Below are positions 36,938-49,470 of a stretch of 64,000 bases of DNA, in pieces. The notes under the pieces are model-generated. The model made no database searches, was not told where the DNA came from, and saw nothing but the letters and a program-made list of their open reading frames with translations. The DNA is from Octopus bimaculoides (Eukaryota), in assembly GCF_001194135.2 (NCBI RefSeq), contig NC_068988.1:10757663-10821662 (forward strand), in the 5' to 3' direction. Made by a program: the position numbers and the translations under genes. Numbering within the stretch: the stretch's first letter is position 1; every line of letters starts with the position of its first letter.

Positions 36938-37810
36938 TGCCGTAGTCTCCNNNNNNNNNNNNNNNNNNNNNNNNNNNNNNNNNNNNNNNNNNNNNNNNNN
37001 NNNNNNNNNNNNNNNNNNNNNNNNNNNNNNNNNNNNNNNNNNNNNNNNNNNNNNNNNNNNNNNNNNNNNNNNNNNNNNNNNNNNNNNNNNNNNNNNNNNN
37101 NNNNNNNNNNNNNNNNNNNNNNNNNNNNNNNNNNNNNNNNNNNNNNNNNNNNNNNNNNNNNNNNNNNNNNNNNNNNNNNNNNNNNNNNNNNNNNNNNNNN
37201 NNNNNNNNNNNNNNNNNNNNNNNNNNNNNNNNNNNNNNNNNNNNNNNNNNNNNNNNNNNNNNNNNNNNNNNNNNNNNNNNNNNNNNNNNNNNNNNNNNNN
37301 NNNNNNNNNNNNNNNNNNNNNNNNNNNNNNNNNNNNNNNNNNNNNNNNNNNNNNNNNNNNNNNNNNNNNNNNNNNNNNNNNNNNNNNNNNNNNNNNNNNN
37401 NNNNNNNNNNNNNNNNNNNNNNNNNNNNNNNNNNNNNNNNNNNNNNNNNNNNNNNNNNNNNNNNNNNNNNNNNNNNNNNNNNNNNNNNNNNNNNNNNNNN
37501 NNNNNNNNNNNNNNNNNNNNNNNNNNNNNNNNNNNNNNNNNNNNNNNNNNNTTGGCTGCTCTGCATTGACAAGGGGCAACACCCTGAAACTAGTCTGCAG
37601 ATGCCAAACCAGCAGGGGGACACTGCTGACCTCCCCTGTTCGAAGGTTATAAAGGACACAGGTTTCGTGTGTCACATAGCTAGCTAGAGGCGATGGCTTC
37701 TTGGAGCTAATTCACGGCAGCTTTCGTCCTAATTTTGGGACTGCCATGTTGGCTTGGCGATAACTATTAATTTCCAGTACCGCTGCCGTAGTCTCCTTTA
37801 GAGAGACTTA
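36938..37810 (+). mobile_element. Candidate tandem retrozyme-like or PLE pLTR repeat spanning an assembly gap
   Basis: The 13-bp direct repeat TGCCGTAGTCTCC occurs at 36938-36950 and 37784-37796. The unit contains a hammerhead and several hairpins and is bounded by (TA)n and (CT)n(TA)n. Confidence 0.55.
37560..37601 (+). ncRNA. Minimal type I hammerhead ribozyme, variant core UUGACAA
   Basis: TCTGCA TTGACAA GGGG CAACA CCCT GAAAC TA GTC TGCAGA: perfect 6-bp stem I, 4-bp stem II, palindromic ACTAGT stem III and a GUC cleavage site at 37593-37595. Confidence 0.8.
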
Positions 37811-38007
37811 GAAATATTAATAACTCTCTCTCTATATATATATATAGAAGCAGGTATGACTGCAGTCTAATGACTGAAGTAAGCACACACAAATATATGC
37901 ATATATGCACATACAGACAGGAACACATACATACAGACCACATACACACTCACGTGCTAGCTCACACACAGACACACACAAACACACACCCACATATGTG
38001 TATTTAT

Positions 38008-38063
<56 letters not shown>

Positions 38064-40207
38064 CCTACACTTATTCTTACTGGAATTTCAAATGTCTTTT
38101 ATTTTTAACATCACGTAAAAAAAATATTACATAGAAAACTTCACGAAAGTTTAATATATAAAGTAAACAGTAAATTAAAAACATTCATTTTATGAGCGAA
38201 AACACACTGGTTTATGAGTAAAAAAGCAAAGTTTCTCTTTAAAATATTTAATATTGGACGGTATCCAAAATTATGTTTCATGAGATTGAACTGTAAAAAA
38301 AGCATATGATTCACAGGTTCATATATTTCTTTTCAAGATAAATAACTTATGAATTTGTGAAATTAGAATCAGTTAAATGTTGGTAGTGACTAATCTCAGC
38401 TTTAAAAACACATCATAAAAATACTTCTCTTTGAAATTAAATAATGTATACAAAACTGACAGTGTTATGATGTAAATGAATTATAGTAATGAAAAGACTA
38501 TATAAAGAGGTATATAGCTTTGACGTAACAGGCACAAGAGATAAACTGTGTGTTCATAATTGTATTTCATGAGATAATAAATAAAATATTTTATAGTTGT
38601 AGAATCGCAAACAGAAGAAATTATAAAATGTTGTGAAGTAAATCGTAGTTTTGAATGATTCGAAACTTTATATTTCAGATAAATTCTGTAAAGAAATGAA
38701 GCGATTGCAATACGATTGTATCTCTAATGAATAAGCTGTCTTGGTTGATAAGAAGCTATCTAAACACAGAAAGAAAGTTGTCTCCGTCACAATTTCTATG
38801 ATATATATGTAAATTGTACAAACACTTACGCATATGCTCTCATAAAAAAATCAAACATACACACGCATACGAGTTCATATACACCAGACAAATAATACCA
38901 GTGCTATTTTGGTAAACAGCAAGTGTATTAAATGCGTGTATCATTTATTTATTTATGTACTGTTACTATTGACGGCGTATTTTCAACACATATTCTCACG
39001 GAATGCGAACTTGAATAAACAAATGATTAGAATGTCTGTCAGTCGTGAACGAGACGTGACATAATCAATATCTATAAAATCAGTTATATACTTCTCCAGC
39101 ATTATCAAATTGTGGCTAATGCAATCGTTTAACGTGTTAGTGTCTTATATATTCAATTCATTTTAAGCATAGTTATACTGTGTCCCATCTTCTACGATTA
39201 TTATATTGATTTTTACCGAGGATCTTCATTATATCTGACTGGAGCTTTTAGGAATAAATATACCTGTTTTAAAATCATTGCCTTATGTTTCAGACAATGT
39301 CTCACCACATTCATTCCTTCTGATTTTATCTCGAGTGTGCGCGTCTGTTTGTACATATATATATATATATATATANNNNNNNNNNNNNNNNNNNNNNNNN
39401 NNNNNNNNNNNNNNNNNNNNNNNNNNNNNNNNNNNNNNNNNNNNNNNNNNNNNNNNNNNNNNNNNNNNNNNNNNNNNNNNNNNNNNNNNNNNNNNNNNNN
39501 NNNNNNNNNNNNNNNNNNNNNNNNNNNNNNNNNNNNNNNNNNNNNNNNNNNNNNNNNNNNNNNNNNNNNNNNNNNNNNNNNNNNNNNNNNNNNNNNNNNN
39601 NNNNNNNNNNNNNNNNNNNNNNNNNNNNNNNNNNNNNNNNNNNNNNNNNNNNNNNNNNNNNNNNNNNNNNNNNNNNNNNNNNNNNNNNNNNNNNNNNNNN
39701 NNNNNNNNNNNNNNNNNNNNNNNNNNNNNNNNNNNNNNNNNNNNNNNNNNNNNNNNNNNNNNNNNNNNNNNNNNNNNNNNNNNNNNNNNNNNNNNNNNNN
39801 NNNNNNNNNNNNNNNNNNNNNNNNNNNNNNNNNNNNNNNNNNNNNNNNNNNNNNNNNNNNNNNNNNNNNNNNNNNNNNNNNNNNNNNNNNNNNNNNNNNN
39901 NNNNNNNNNNNNNNNNNNNNNNNNNNNNNNNNNNNNNNNNNNNNNNNNNNNNNNNNNNNNNNNNNNTATATATATATATACAGAGAGAAATAAAGAAAGA
40001 AAGAAAGAAAGGAAGAAGAGAGAAATAAAGAAAAAAGGAAGGAAACAAAGAACATGCTAAGCGTCTCTACACACTTCCTGTTGCAAAATATTGGTGAACT
40101 TTATGATACCAACAATCATCCAGGATGAAAATTATGTCCTGTCTAATAGGTACTGTAATTTATATGCTAATTAGAAAAAAAGATATGCTGGTTTATTTCT
40201 TTTTCAG

Positions 40208-40266
40208 ACATTAATTAACACAGGGAGCTACAGAGATTTTGTATCATCAGCTTTTAGACGTTTAAA
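40208..40266 (+). other. Weak candidate short exon (TLINTGSYRDFVSSAFRRL)
   Basis: Pyrimidine tract plus CAG acceptor, one open frame and an AA|GTAAAC donor. No homology recognised. Confidence 0.15.
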
Positions 40267-40537
40267 GTAAACTGAAAATAAAATATATTTTATGTATTAG
40301 AAGACCTGATTTTTCAGTGGTAATAATTTACAGCAAATGACAGGCAATGAAGACATTTAATATAGATGATTATTTAGAATTCGCTTTTCACTTTTGTATT
40401 CAGAACGTACGTTTTCCTAATATACATAAACAGAATTGTAAATTAGTTGCAATTACTTGCTATCGTGTAGCTATAAATGACATGAAAACTAAATGAATTG
40501 AAACAGCACCGTACATTGCTGGCGTACACAAACACAT

Positions 40538-40574
<37 letters not shown>

Positions 40575-41134
40575 NNNNNNNNNNNNNNNNNNNNNNNNNN
40601 NNNNNNNNNNNNNNNNNNNNNNNNNNNNNNNNNNNNNNNNNNNNNNNNNNNNNNNNNNNNNNNNNNNNNNNNNNNNNNNNNNNNNNNNNNNNNNNNNNNN
40701 NNNNNNNNNNNNNNNNNNNNNNNNNNNNNNNNNNNNNNNNNNNNNNNNNNNNNNNNNNNNNNNNNNNNNNNNNNNNNNNNNNNNNNNNNNNNNNNNNNNN
40801 NNNNNNNNNNNNNNNNNNNNNNNNNNNNNNNNNNNNNNNNNNNNNNNNNNNNNNNNNNNNNNNNNNNNNNNNNNNNNNNNNNNNNNNNNNNNNNNNNNNN
40901 NNNNNNNNNNNNNNNNNNNNNNNNNNNNNNNNNNNNNNNNNNNNNNNNNNNNNNNNNNNNNNNNNNNNNNNNNNNNNNNNNNNNNNNNNNNNNNNNNNNN
41001 NNNNNNNNNNNNNNNNNNNNNNNNNNNNNNNNNNNNNNNNNNNNNNNNNNNNNNNNNNNNNNNNNNNNNNNNNNGCGTTTTTCTAAATTGTCTCAGGTGC
41101 TTTTCGTGCGTGTGTGTGTGTATGTATGTATATA

Positions 41135-41345
41135 TTCTTTATTCTTTTACATGTTTCAGTGACTTGACCACAGCCATGCAGGAGCACCACCTTAAAAGGT
41201 TTTAGCCCAAGAAATCCACACCAAGAATTAATCTTTGGAAGCTTAGTACTTATTCTATTGACATCGTTTGTTAAACAACTAAGCTTCGGGGACGTAAGCA
41301 CACACATCGGTTGTGAAGAGGCGCAGACAAACATGCACGATGAAC
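41135..41345 (-). mobile_element. Family B SINE 3' half
   Basis: GTTTCAGTGACTTGACCACAGCCATGCAGGAGCACCACC..CTAAGCTTCGGGGACGTAAGCACAC. Confidence 0.8.
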
Positions 41346-41549
41346 ATTTTCGAGCGGGTAGGCTATGTCAGTTTGAATCTGTGATGTCTCGACTACTGAC
41401 GTGTAATGCACATAAGAGTCGGAAATTGACCTGGCCTACCGGCGAAAACGCATTCAATCTTGTGCAAGAAAGGTGAATTCTCCTCCCATCAGATAACGTT
41501 TACTGTATGAATTTCAACGTTTATTTTTTCAATAATAAAACTGTGCTGA

Positions 41550-41700
41550 GCTGCGGCGCCATCCAGATCAAATTCTGTGGAACGAATTGACCAGAGTTCT
41601 GTTTCTTCAAAACTTGTTAGTTAAGCTTATATGAGTCAATACAGGGGTGTAGACACATCAATTCCCGGCTGTCAAACGGTGATAGGGAAGAAACAGGGAA
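41550..41700 (-). mobile_element. Older, decayed family B SINE 3' half
   Basis: ACAGGGGTGTAGACACATCAATTCCCGGCTGTCAAACGGTGATAGGG resembles the family B motif. Confidence 0.5.
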
Positions 41701-42053
41701 CCATGTGATTGGGAATCAATCCCAGGTATCTAGATATCTACATCAATGTCACTATCCCTTATCCACACACACACACTTACAGTTTCTCAAAAACACACAC
41801 GCACGCACACCTTCGTTTTCGAATCACCGATGCTTTATTAACTCCCCTTCATTCTACCTCTCCTGTCACACTATTTTTTCCCAACCACCTGCCATGCTTC
41901 ATCCCTAAATCCACATGTCTTTTTTTATTCTCTCTCTGTGTATATTTTCTCTATATCCTTTCTGTTGAAGAACGTAGACTTGAAACGTAACAGACTTTCT
42001 CAAACTAGTACACCTGCTTGTTCATACACCTCTGTTCTTTTTTTGTAAATTTC

Positions 42054-42102
<49 letters not shown>

Positions 42103-43574
42103 TAGAGAGAGAGAGAGAAAGAGAGAGAGATAGAGACAGATAAAGAGGGGGAAAGAAGAAAGGGAGAGGAGGTGGAGAGAGAAAAGAAGAGATAGAGAGA
42201 CGGACAGACGGTTGGATAGATAGATAATAGATCGACAGATAGATACATATGCGTGTGCGCGTGATTGATTTTTGAAAGGAATAGTATTATGTGCACAGAA
42301 ATATCGATATCTATAGAAAAACAGGAAGATTAAATATTTCAAAACTATTGACATGTATCCAATTCCTATAGGGAAAATGGAGAACAAAAACGCCAAAGAG
42401 ATTATTGAAAATACATTAGATTGGAATATGAATACATACAAATATGCGACTCAGGTGTTTGTTTGTGAGACAAGGTAACTCAAAAATTCGGTTATAACTA
42501 CAAGCAGCTGCAATTAGCAGGGTAATGAATGTACGATTCAAACACCTAAGCAGGTTACACGTAGATGTAGGAACACCATTTAGTCTATTACGAAACAAGG
42601 GCTAACTGAACAATTACTAATGATAACGTGTTCCATTTAAAATAAATACTAATATCTACAAGAGACAAATACATTTTTATGCAAATAATATGTTTTAATA
42701 GCTGTATTCTGCATCATAGTGTTTGTTTATTTGCCAAAAGTATTTACCCAACTGTGGAGAAGAATAGGTGTCGTATATAAACTCGAAATACTTTCACCGG
42801 TTCAAACCGGAACCGGTGAATTGCGTGTCTTATGAATACATATGTTCTAAAATGAGAAGGATTTTATACTATTAGGATTAAATACCAGTGATCGAGTATT
42901 CACATTCGAATCTTCGAGAGCATCAAATATGGATACGTCACTGCTTAAACGAAATTATTACCAGTTACGTAATAGGCGTTGCTTAATACTAGATACCGGC
43001 TATGCACAATCATACAAATGTAGTGTATCTCAATCTATGTCACGACCTAATAACAAACTGTTGACCCACCAAAATCACCCAATGCAATAATGCAACACAC
43101 TTTACACAAACTTTACTGGATCATTTCCTTATAAAACAATTCACCCCATGTTTCGGAAAAATCTGTAGTTCCTCACGTTGAAACGCAGCAAACCACTTAT
43201 TTTAAGTGATAACCGAAATATAAATATAATGCTAGTTCTCACGAATTCTCTCTCCATCTTCATCCTTGAATTCAACTTATATGTTAGGCACAATCTTGAG
43301 AGACTTTATGATAGAAAATAAATCTCACTTCTGTTTTCTACTCTTTTTCTACACTTCACATTTTTAACATTTTTTACAAATGTTAAACGCTTCTTCATTA
43401 AATTTTCCGTGTTACCTGTATGGCAAAAGAAATTCTTATTGTAATGATATATATATAATGTTCATGTGTAATCATTTCAAAATATTCTACTTGAGCATTA
43501 AGAATATCTGTCAAGAAAATATTGATATTGAATGTTTTGGGGGGAAAATGAGAAAGTAAAGAGTAAAGTGTAAA

Positions 43575-43885
43575 GACCACCTTTGGTCTCGAACGACCAT
43601 GGTATTGCATCTAGAATGTTCCGCTCCAAGGCAAGAGTCCAGGCAAGGTTGTTAATGGAAGGCCCGCAATCGGCCATGCATATCGATCTCCCATCTGTAC
43701 GGCACCTATGTTGAGCAAGAGAAAGGAAATGGTCGCCAGTGACGCTGCATGTGGTTTCTACAGCTGAGTGGACTGGGGCAACGTGAAGTAAAGTATTTTC
43801 TGAAGAACACAAAACAACCCCGTCCGGGGATAGCACTCACTATCTCATGTTTGTTAACCCAATGCTCTTAGAACTGGGCTTACCT
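43575..43885 (-). mobile_element. tRNA-derived CORE-type SINE (family C)
   Basis: The reverse complement contains GTGTTCTTCAGAAAATACTTTACTTCACGTTGCCCCAGTCCACTCAGCTGTAGAAA after a tRNA-like head. Confidence 0.75.
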
Positions 43886-45549
43886 GAGAGTAAGAAGGTA
43901 TTTATATATAATGAATACAGAAAATAAAAATCAATGAAATCTTAAGAATTATTGAAATGCGATGGACTTCAGTAATTCTCTGTTCAAAGTTTATCCGCGT
44001 ACGTTCAGGCACCTAATATATTCTGGATAACTGTTAGTGTAACATGATGAATGGTAAAATGAAGAGCTGTGTCAACGCAGAACGACAAAATCAGAGACGG
44101 GAAACCAAGTACTATTATGCACTTAAATTAGTATAAGCCTTCTGTATATTTATGTTTGGTGGAGAAATGCCAAAGAGCTTTTATAGCTAATTGGCATGGA
44201 ACGAAAAATAAAACAGATTTTCTGAGTAGATTTTGGGCAGCTTGTAATCCTTCCTTTACCGAAATTGTATTTTGCCAAGTAATCTATCATACGGAAATTT
44301 TAAACAGGACAGAACCTGAAGCAAATAATATATGGCACACACAAAATTCTTGCAATTTAGAAGGGTTAAATATATTTGACTCCCATGGAATTGTATGAAA
44401 CTTTAATGAAACTAGATTGAAAATTTCTGAGTCGAGACAGCTTGTCAAAATCTCAACGTTAAATTGAGATTGAGTTATTTCCCCTAGGAAATTAGCCTGA
44501 GTTCTGTTCGTATATACATCCATAGCTGCTGTCATCAGTATTATGAAAGAGCAAACCAAAATAACCTTTAAGCAAGTGTTATGGAGGACTCATTAATTAT
44601 TTATAAGTGGATTACTTCATTCCACACTCCAAAAGTAACTGGTAGTTTCCATACAAGCAGTTGATATTGCCGCACAAATATCATGGAAAGTTTTATTACG
44701 GGTGTTTTTGATTAAGAGAAAGTTTTCTGCACTTAGATAAAATTCTAATAAAATATCTAGAATAGGTTTAGTCAATCTTCATGAGAGTGTTGAGGGTTGA
44801 AGTGTCGAAGTAGAATTAAATTATGGATACGTTTTTAGAAGTACGTTTGGTTGAATTTAGAGAGATGCAAGAAAATATTTGAAGTGAAAGAGCTAAGAAT
44901 ACATATTAAAATATGGGCAATGTTAGTATTAGATGAGAGAGTTAACCTTTCACACCTTAAGAAATTGGAAATGAGGAATATGTATCTGACAGAGGCATCG
45001 CAAAACAATGCAAAGCATCTTACATTGAGGAATAAGTCGTTATATTTCCGTGTATAAAATATAATATATTATCCAGGACAATGGAAATGTTTATAACTAG
45101 ATTCGCTGCAAATAAAGTCTTGAGAAGTCCATGCCTCCAGGAAAACGCAGAGGTGTATGTTAGAAGGAGAATACCAAGTACAATCTCTATACCGTTCTAT
45201 ATACCAAGTTTATAGAATGGCGCACGTCTCGACAGAAAATCGGGAAAAGGTAAACATTTTTCCTGCTCACTTTTAGTGGCACAGGAAAGATAGGAGTCTC
45301 ACACGATCTCTATTTATATGATACCAGCTTTCTATGCTACATTATGATTGATGCAGTATATACAACAGTATAATTTCTTCCTATCAAAGTTACAGTTTCT
45401 TTATATCCTTATACTGGTCATGAGAGAACATATGTAGATGGAATCAGCATAACTTTATGGAGTTGTTAAGGTGATTCTTTTTTCCGTTAACAACATTCTC
45501 AAGGTAATAAATGTAGACAATATCTGACATTATTGCTTACTTCTTCTTA

Positions 45550-46000
45550 AACACCTTATGAACTTATGAGCCTCCGGTTATAAAATCAATCATCTTGATT
45601 CCAGAATCACTGTAGAAGATATCCGTTTTAGAATTTTCCCAAATTTTGTACGATCCGAAATATGCGTGCAATCTCCTTAACACGCATCGTCAGATTTCGC
45701 ATCTTCAGCAAATTAATTATTTCTACTTCCTTCCCATGTATAGAATTTATACATGCTGTCTTCTGTAGCATGCATTTTCCAAATCAATGCCCTCAGTATG
45801 TTGGAAGTTTCTGCCGACATAGTTGCAGTATTGGTTTTAATGATTTCATACACAGTATTTTATGCGGTACGTCTTCTATCAAATGGAAAAGTTGTTGCGA
45901 AAGTAATCTATAAGAATATCTCCAAAATCTGTCAATTTACTAAAGGGAGCATCGCTTATTTACACACCATTTCGATTTCCACATTTAATGTTTTCAATTG
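45550..46000 (-). mobile_element. Highly decayed LINE RT fragment
   Basis: FDRRRTA..VYEII, IDLENAC (IDLEKAF position), C*GDC (QGD position) and DIFYSDS (YADD position) occur in the expected order across frames. Confidence 0.35.
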
Positions 46001-46384
46001 TATAACAGTAGTGTTATCTGCATTATGCATAGTTTTCGTATTGTGCATCACTTTGTTGAATAAAAGTATATATCTAATTTAATATTTGGCGAAGAAACTT
46101 TTTTATACGCTAATCAGGATGACTTTTAATGTTCTACATTTGAAAGTTACAGTTATAGATATCAATTTAGAGTCCAAACCGTTCTGGTTAGCTGATGGTT
46201 AATAGCGCATTTCAAACGCAAGATAAATAGCTTAAAACTGACCCGCAAAAAGATTCTAGTCGTATTATTTGCTGTTTACTGTGTGGCTACTAGACTATTT
46301 CAACTTCATTTCTATCACCACATCTAAAGTCATCGTTGAAAATATCTTTAGAGCTTCATAGATCATACAGCATTTAGATATAAA

Positions 46385-46750
46385 TACATTATTGTTGTTG
46401 CATTGCTGTTCCTCTTCTAGGTATCTATTTAAATATCCTGTTAAGGCTGATCCAAACTGCTCTCTTGCGGTGAAGATATACTTTAATTGCTGGACCTCTT
46501 CGGGTTTCTCTTCGTAGTATGTAAATTGTTCCAAGTATTGTATTTTTTGGTCTGCATATTCAAAGATGTTGGCCGTGATGAACTTTTCTATTCCCTACTT
46601 CAAGAGTCCTAGTGATCCAGTACCCACTGATTTCACATCAGTTGTCATATTCCAAGTCCTGCTGATTGCATTCTCCAGTTGATTTCGTTATCCAGGTCTT
46701 TGAACTTGTCCAGATTGTCTCTGTCATTCATAGAAGTGTTTCTCTCCTAA
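46385..46750 (-). mobile_element. Decayed R4/Dong-clade LINE 3' end
   Basis: KFKDLDNEI, WNMTTDVKSVGTGSLG and QKI..LGTIYILRR (with frameshifts), followed by a UTR ending in CAACAACAATAAT. Confidence 0.65.
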
Positions 46751-47082
46751 GGCAATGCAATATCTACTCGTATATGTATACACATATTGTCTTTATGTTC
46801 TTCATAACGATTTGAAGGATTATTACAATTTAGCTCCTTCTCCGCCTGTATGGTGATGTCCCAGAGAATGTGATAGTTCTCAATGAGCATTTCTAGCCAC
46901 CGTGAAGATGATAGTATAACAGTTGCGTGTGAAAATAGGTAACACGTGATGGAAAGTTATTCCTTTTAATGGCATCTCGCTTTATTGATAACGTCTTTTA
47001 TCAAACATTTATTTACTGTAACATATAAACATTTGAATTGTCTATTTACATAAAATGCATGATGTGTTTCATTCCAGCTGTA

Positions 47083-47225
47083 AGTTAAGTACCAGTGAAA
47101 CAATGGCGTTCGTTCCCCACCAAATTTCAGTATTTGTGCCTGTAGCAGAAAGGATTATTATTGTTGTTCTTTTGGCGTCGATAAAATAAGTACCGGTTGA
47201 CAATTACGGTGGGTGTAATTGCTAC
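47083..47225 (+). mobile_element. Two adjacent 3' fragments of family A SINE
   Basis: TTAAGTACCAGTG..AAATTTCAG..TTGTGCCTGTAGCAGAAAGGATTATTATT, followed by GGCGTCGATAAAATAAGTACCGG. Confidence 0.65.
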
Positions 47226-47710
47226 TTTTGTGCTAAAACTTGAAGAAAATCATTATCTTTAATATTATAACTTAAAGACTGATATGCACGATTTAAATTT
47301 ACTGTAACGCCGAATAGCTGAATAAAAGGAAAATATATGTAGCGGTATTCTCTCGATATACGAACTCAAAAATACATATTCATACAACACAACATGCCAA
47401 TTCTAGTTTTGTATTTGGAAAGGAAACTTGGAACATTAGCAAGATATCAGTCTTTACATAAGACATAATTCTCATTTACAGCTGGGAATATGACAGACAG
47501 ACAACTGGAATACCTAGCAGCTAAATGGTGAATGATATCGCATTATTTTCGTTGATTGCAAAAATAAATGATATTACTAGATTAAAATCATACTAATAGT
47601 AAAGATTTTGTCATTGATAATTATTAACTCAAAGAAAGAAATTTTTAAAGATGATTTAATCGAAAATAGACACATTCCCATTCCGATAAAAACCACGTAT
47701 ATCATATAGT

Positions 47711-47754
<44 letters not shown>

Positions 47755-47763
47755 GTATGTATG

Positions 47764-47799
<36 letters not shown>

Positions 47800-47838
47800 C
47801 ACAGGTATATTTACAGCTATGCATATCTGTAAATATAC

Positions 47839-47879
<41 letters not shown>

Positions 47880-49179
47880 ACAATCAGAGTGTCATGTAAG
47901 CAAGAACAGTTAGAAAGAATGAGAGAGGAAATGGAAAAGAAAGAGATTAACAAAAGCAAAATGAAATAAATAATAAAATATTCCTGTATGGAATAATAAT
48001 TTTGTTTTTTAGAATTAAGCATTTTTCTTTCTGTCATAAAATAATGACGTCTCTATTCACAAAATAAATGCGTTTCATATATGATGAATATATTCATTAT
48101 CCAAGACCGAGGTAGAAGTCACTTTTCTATAAACAATATATCTGTCAATTATGTGAAGTAGGTTTCGTTTAGAAATTTGTCTGAACAACATTAAATAGAT
48201 TCAAAATTGAAGTGGAATTGAATGAAATGGTCTACATATCTGTAAGATCATACACAGGAATGAGAAAACGCTGTCCGTAAACACATGATTATTTATACCT
48301 ATGTATGTGAGATTGTGTGTGTGAGTATGTGTCTGTAGGTGTGCATGTGGGGCTCTGTGGGTGTGCATGTGTGTGTGTGTATTCAAATATGAATTAGAAG
48401 TAACTCGAGGTATATAGACACACTCGAACATATATACACAAGGCGCGTGCCTGTTATTAGCTCGCGGGTCGGCTGCGATTTAGGCATAGTAGAATATATT
48501 CTCTGTGATCTTTGTTCTAAAAACGCCAGAAAGTAAGTCATAGGTAAGCAGGACGTCACAATCCGGATCTTTTCACAGAGCAACAGACATCAATGTTTTG
48601 TCATTGTTGTAAGTTTTCAACGCCGTTTAAAGAATAACGCCTGCTGTAAGCTATATCCCTGACTGTGATACATGAGTTGAAAATCATCCGCTGACACGTC
48701 CCAATGTTCCATTCCACGGTAAAACGCCAGTGACATTCATGGAACCTTCTGAAAGACATAAATATTATTGATGTCCCTCTTGAATGAACACACGTAAATA
48801 AGTACAGTAGTAGTCCAGTAGTAGTCCACTCTGCCTTGAAGCGCGGTTGAATCATACTAGAGGTATGCTTTGCTCTTGTTTTGAAAAGAGTTTTAATAAG
48901 TATGAGCAGAATATTATTTGACTTGGAGAATTAGATCTAAGTTGCATGGAAGATGACTCGGAATGTTCCCAAACATTTTCATTCTTCTTCAAATAGGTTA
49001 GTTTTCCAATAGATACCCAATCCGAGATGTTATAAAACTGCTACTGCGCGAACTAGCCGGAGCTAAAGTACCACTGGGTGTTAGATATAAACAGCGATCT
49101 GTGTTATATATGAATCTGTGTTAATTAAGCGCAAGGGACAGTGGTCATGTGACCTACAGATATTCTTTGGAATTTCACG

Positions 49180-49470
49180 CTGCGAAGTAAGAATTATATA
49201 AGCATATCCATAATATATCATCGAACTACATGACTTATAATAACCAGTAACAACGCTAAGTAACACTTCCGGTGGAATCACGTCCCTACCATCAAGAGGA
49301 CTGATATCAAAATTGATTCCTATATTCATAGTTTGAGGCCCACAACGGCGTATTGCTCTCAGATACGTCTAGTGACTGCGGCTGCTCACTGAGATAGTTC
49401 TGACGCTGTTCTGGAAACGCTAACAGCTGCCATCAAACTATAGTAAATGCATTGGCAGCCGGTGTAATAT
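49180..49470 (-). mobile_element. Possible decayed mariner 5' end
   Basis: The leader shares CAGCGTCAG, GCAGCCGC and AGACGT with the mariner leader near 2060. MNIG..GRDVIPPEV..YKSCSSMIY loosely fits a mariner N-terminus. Confidence 0.25.

Noticed and set aside
44851-45057. ORF with KKLEMRNM resembling an RTE post-RT region
   Set aside because: Only one weak motif, which is not enough to annotate.
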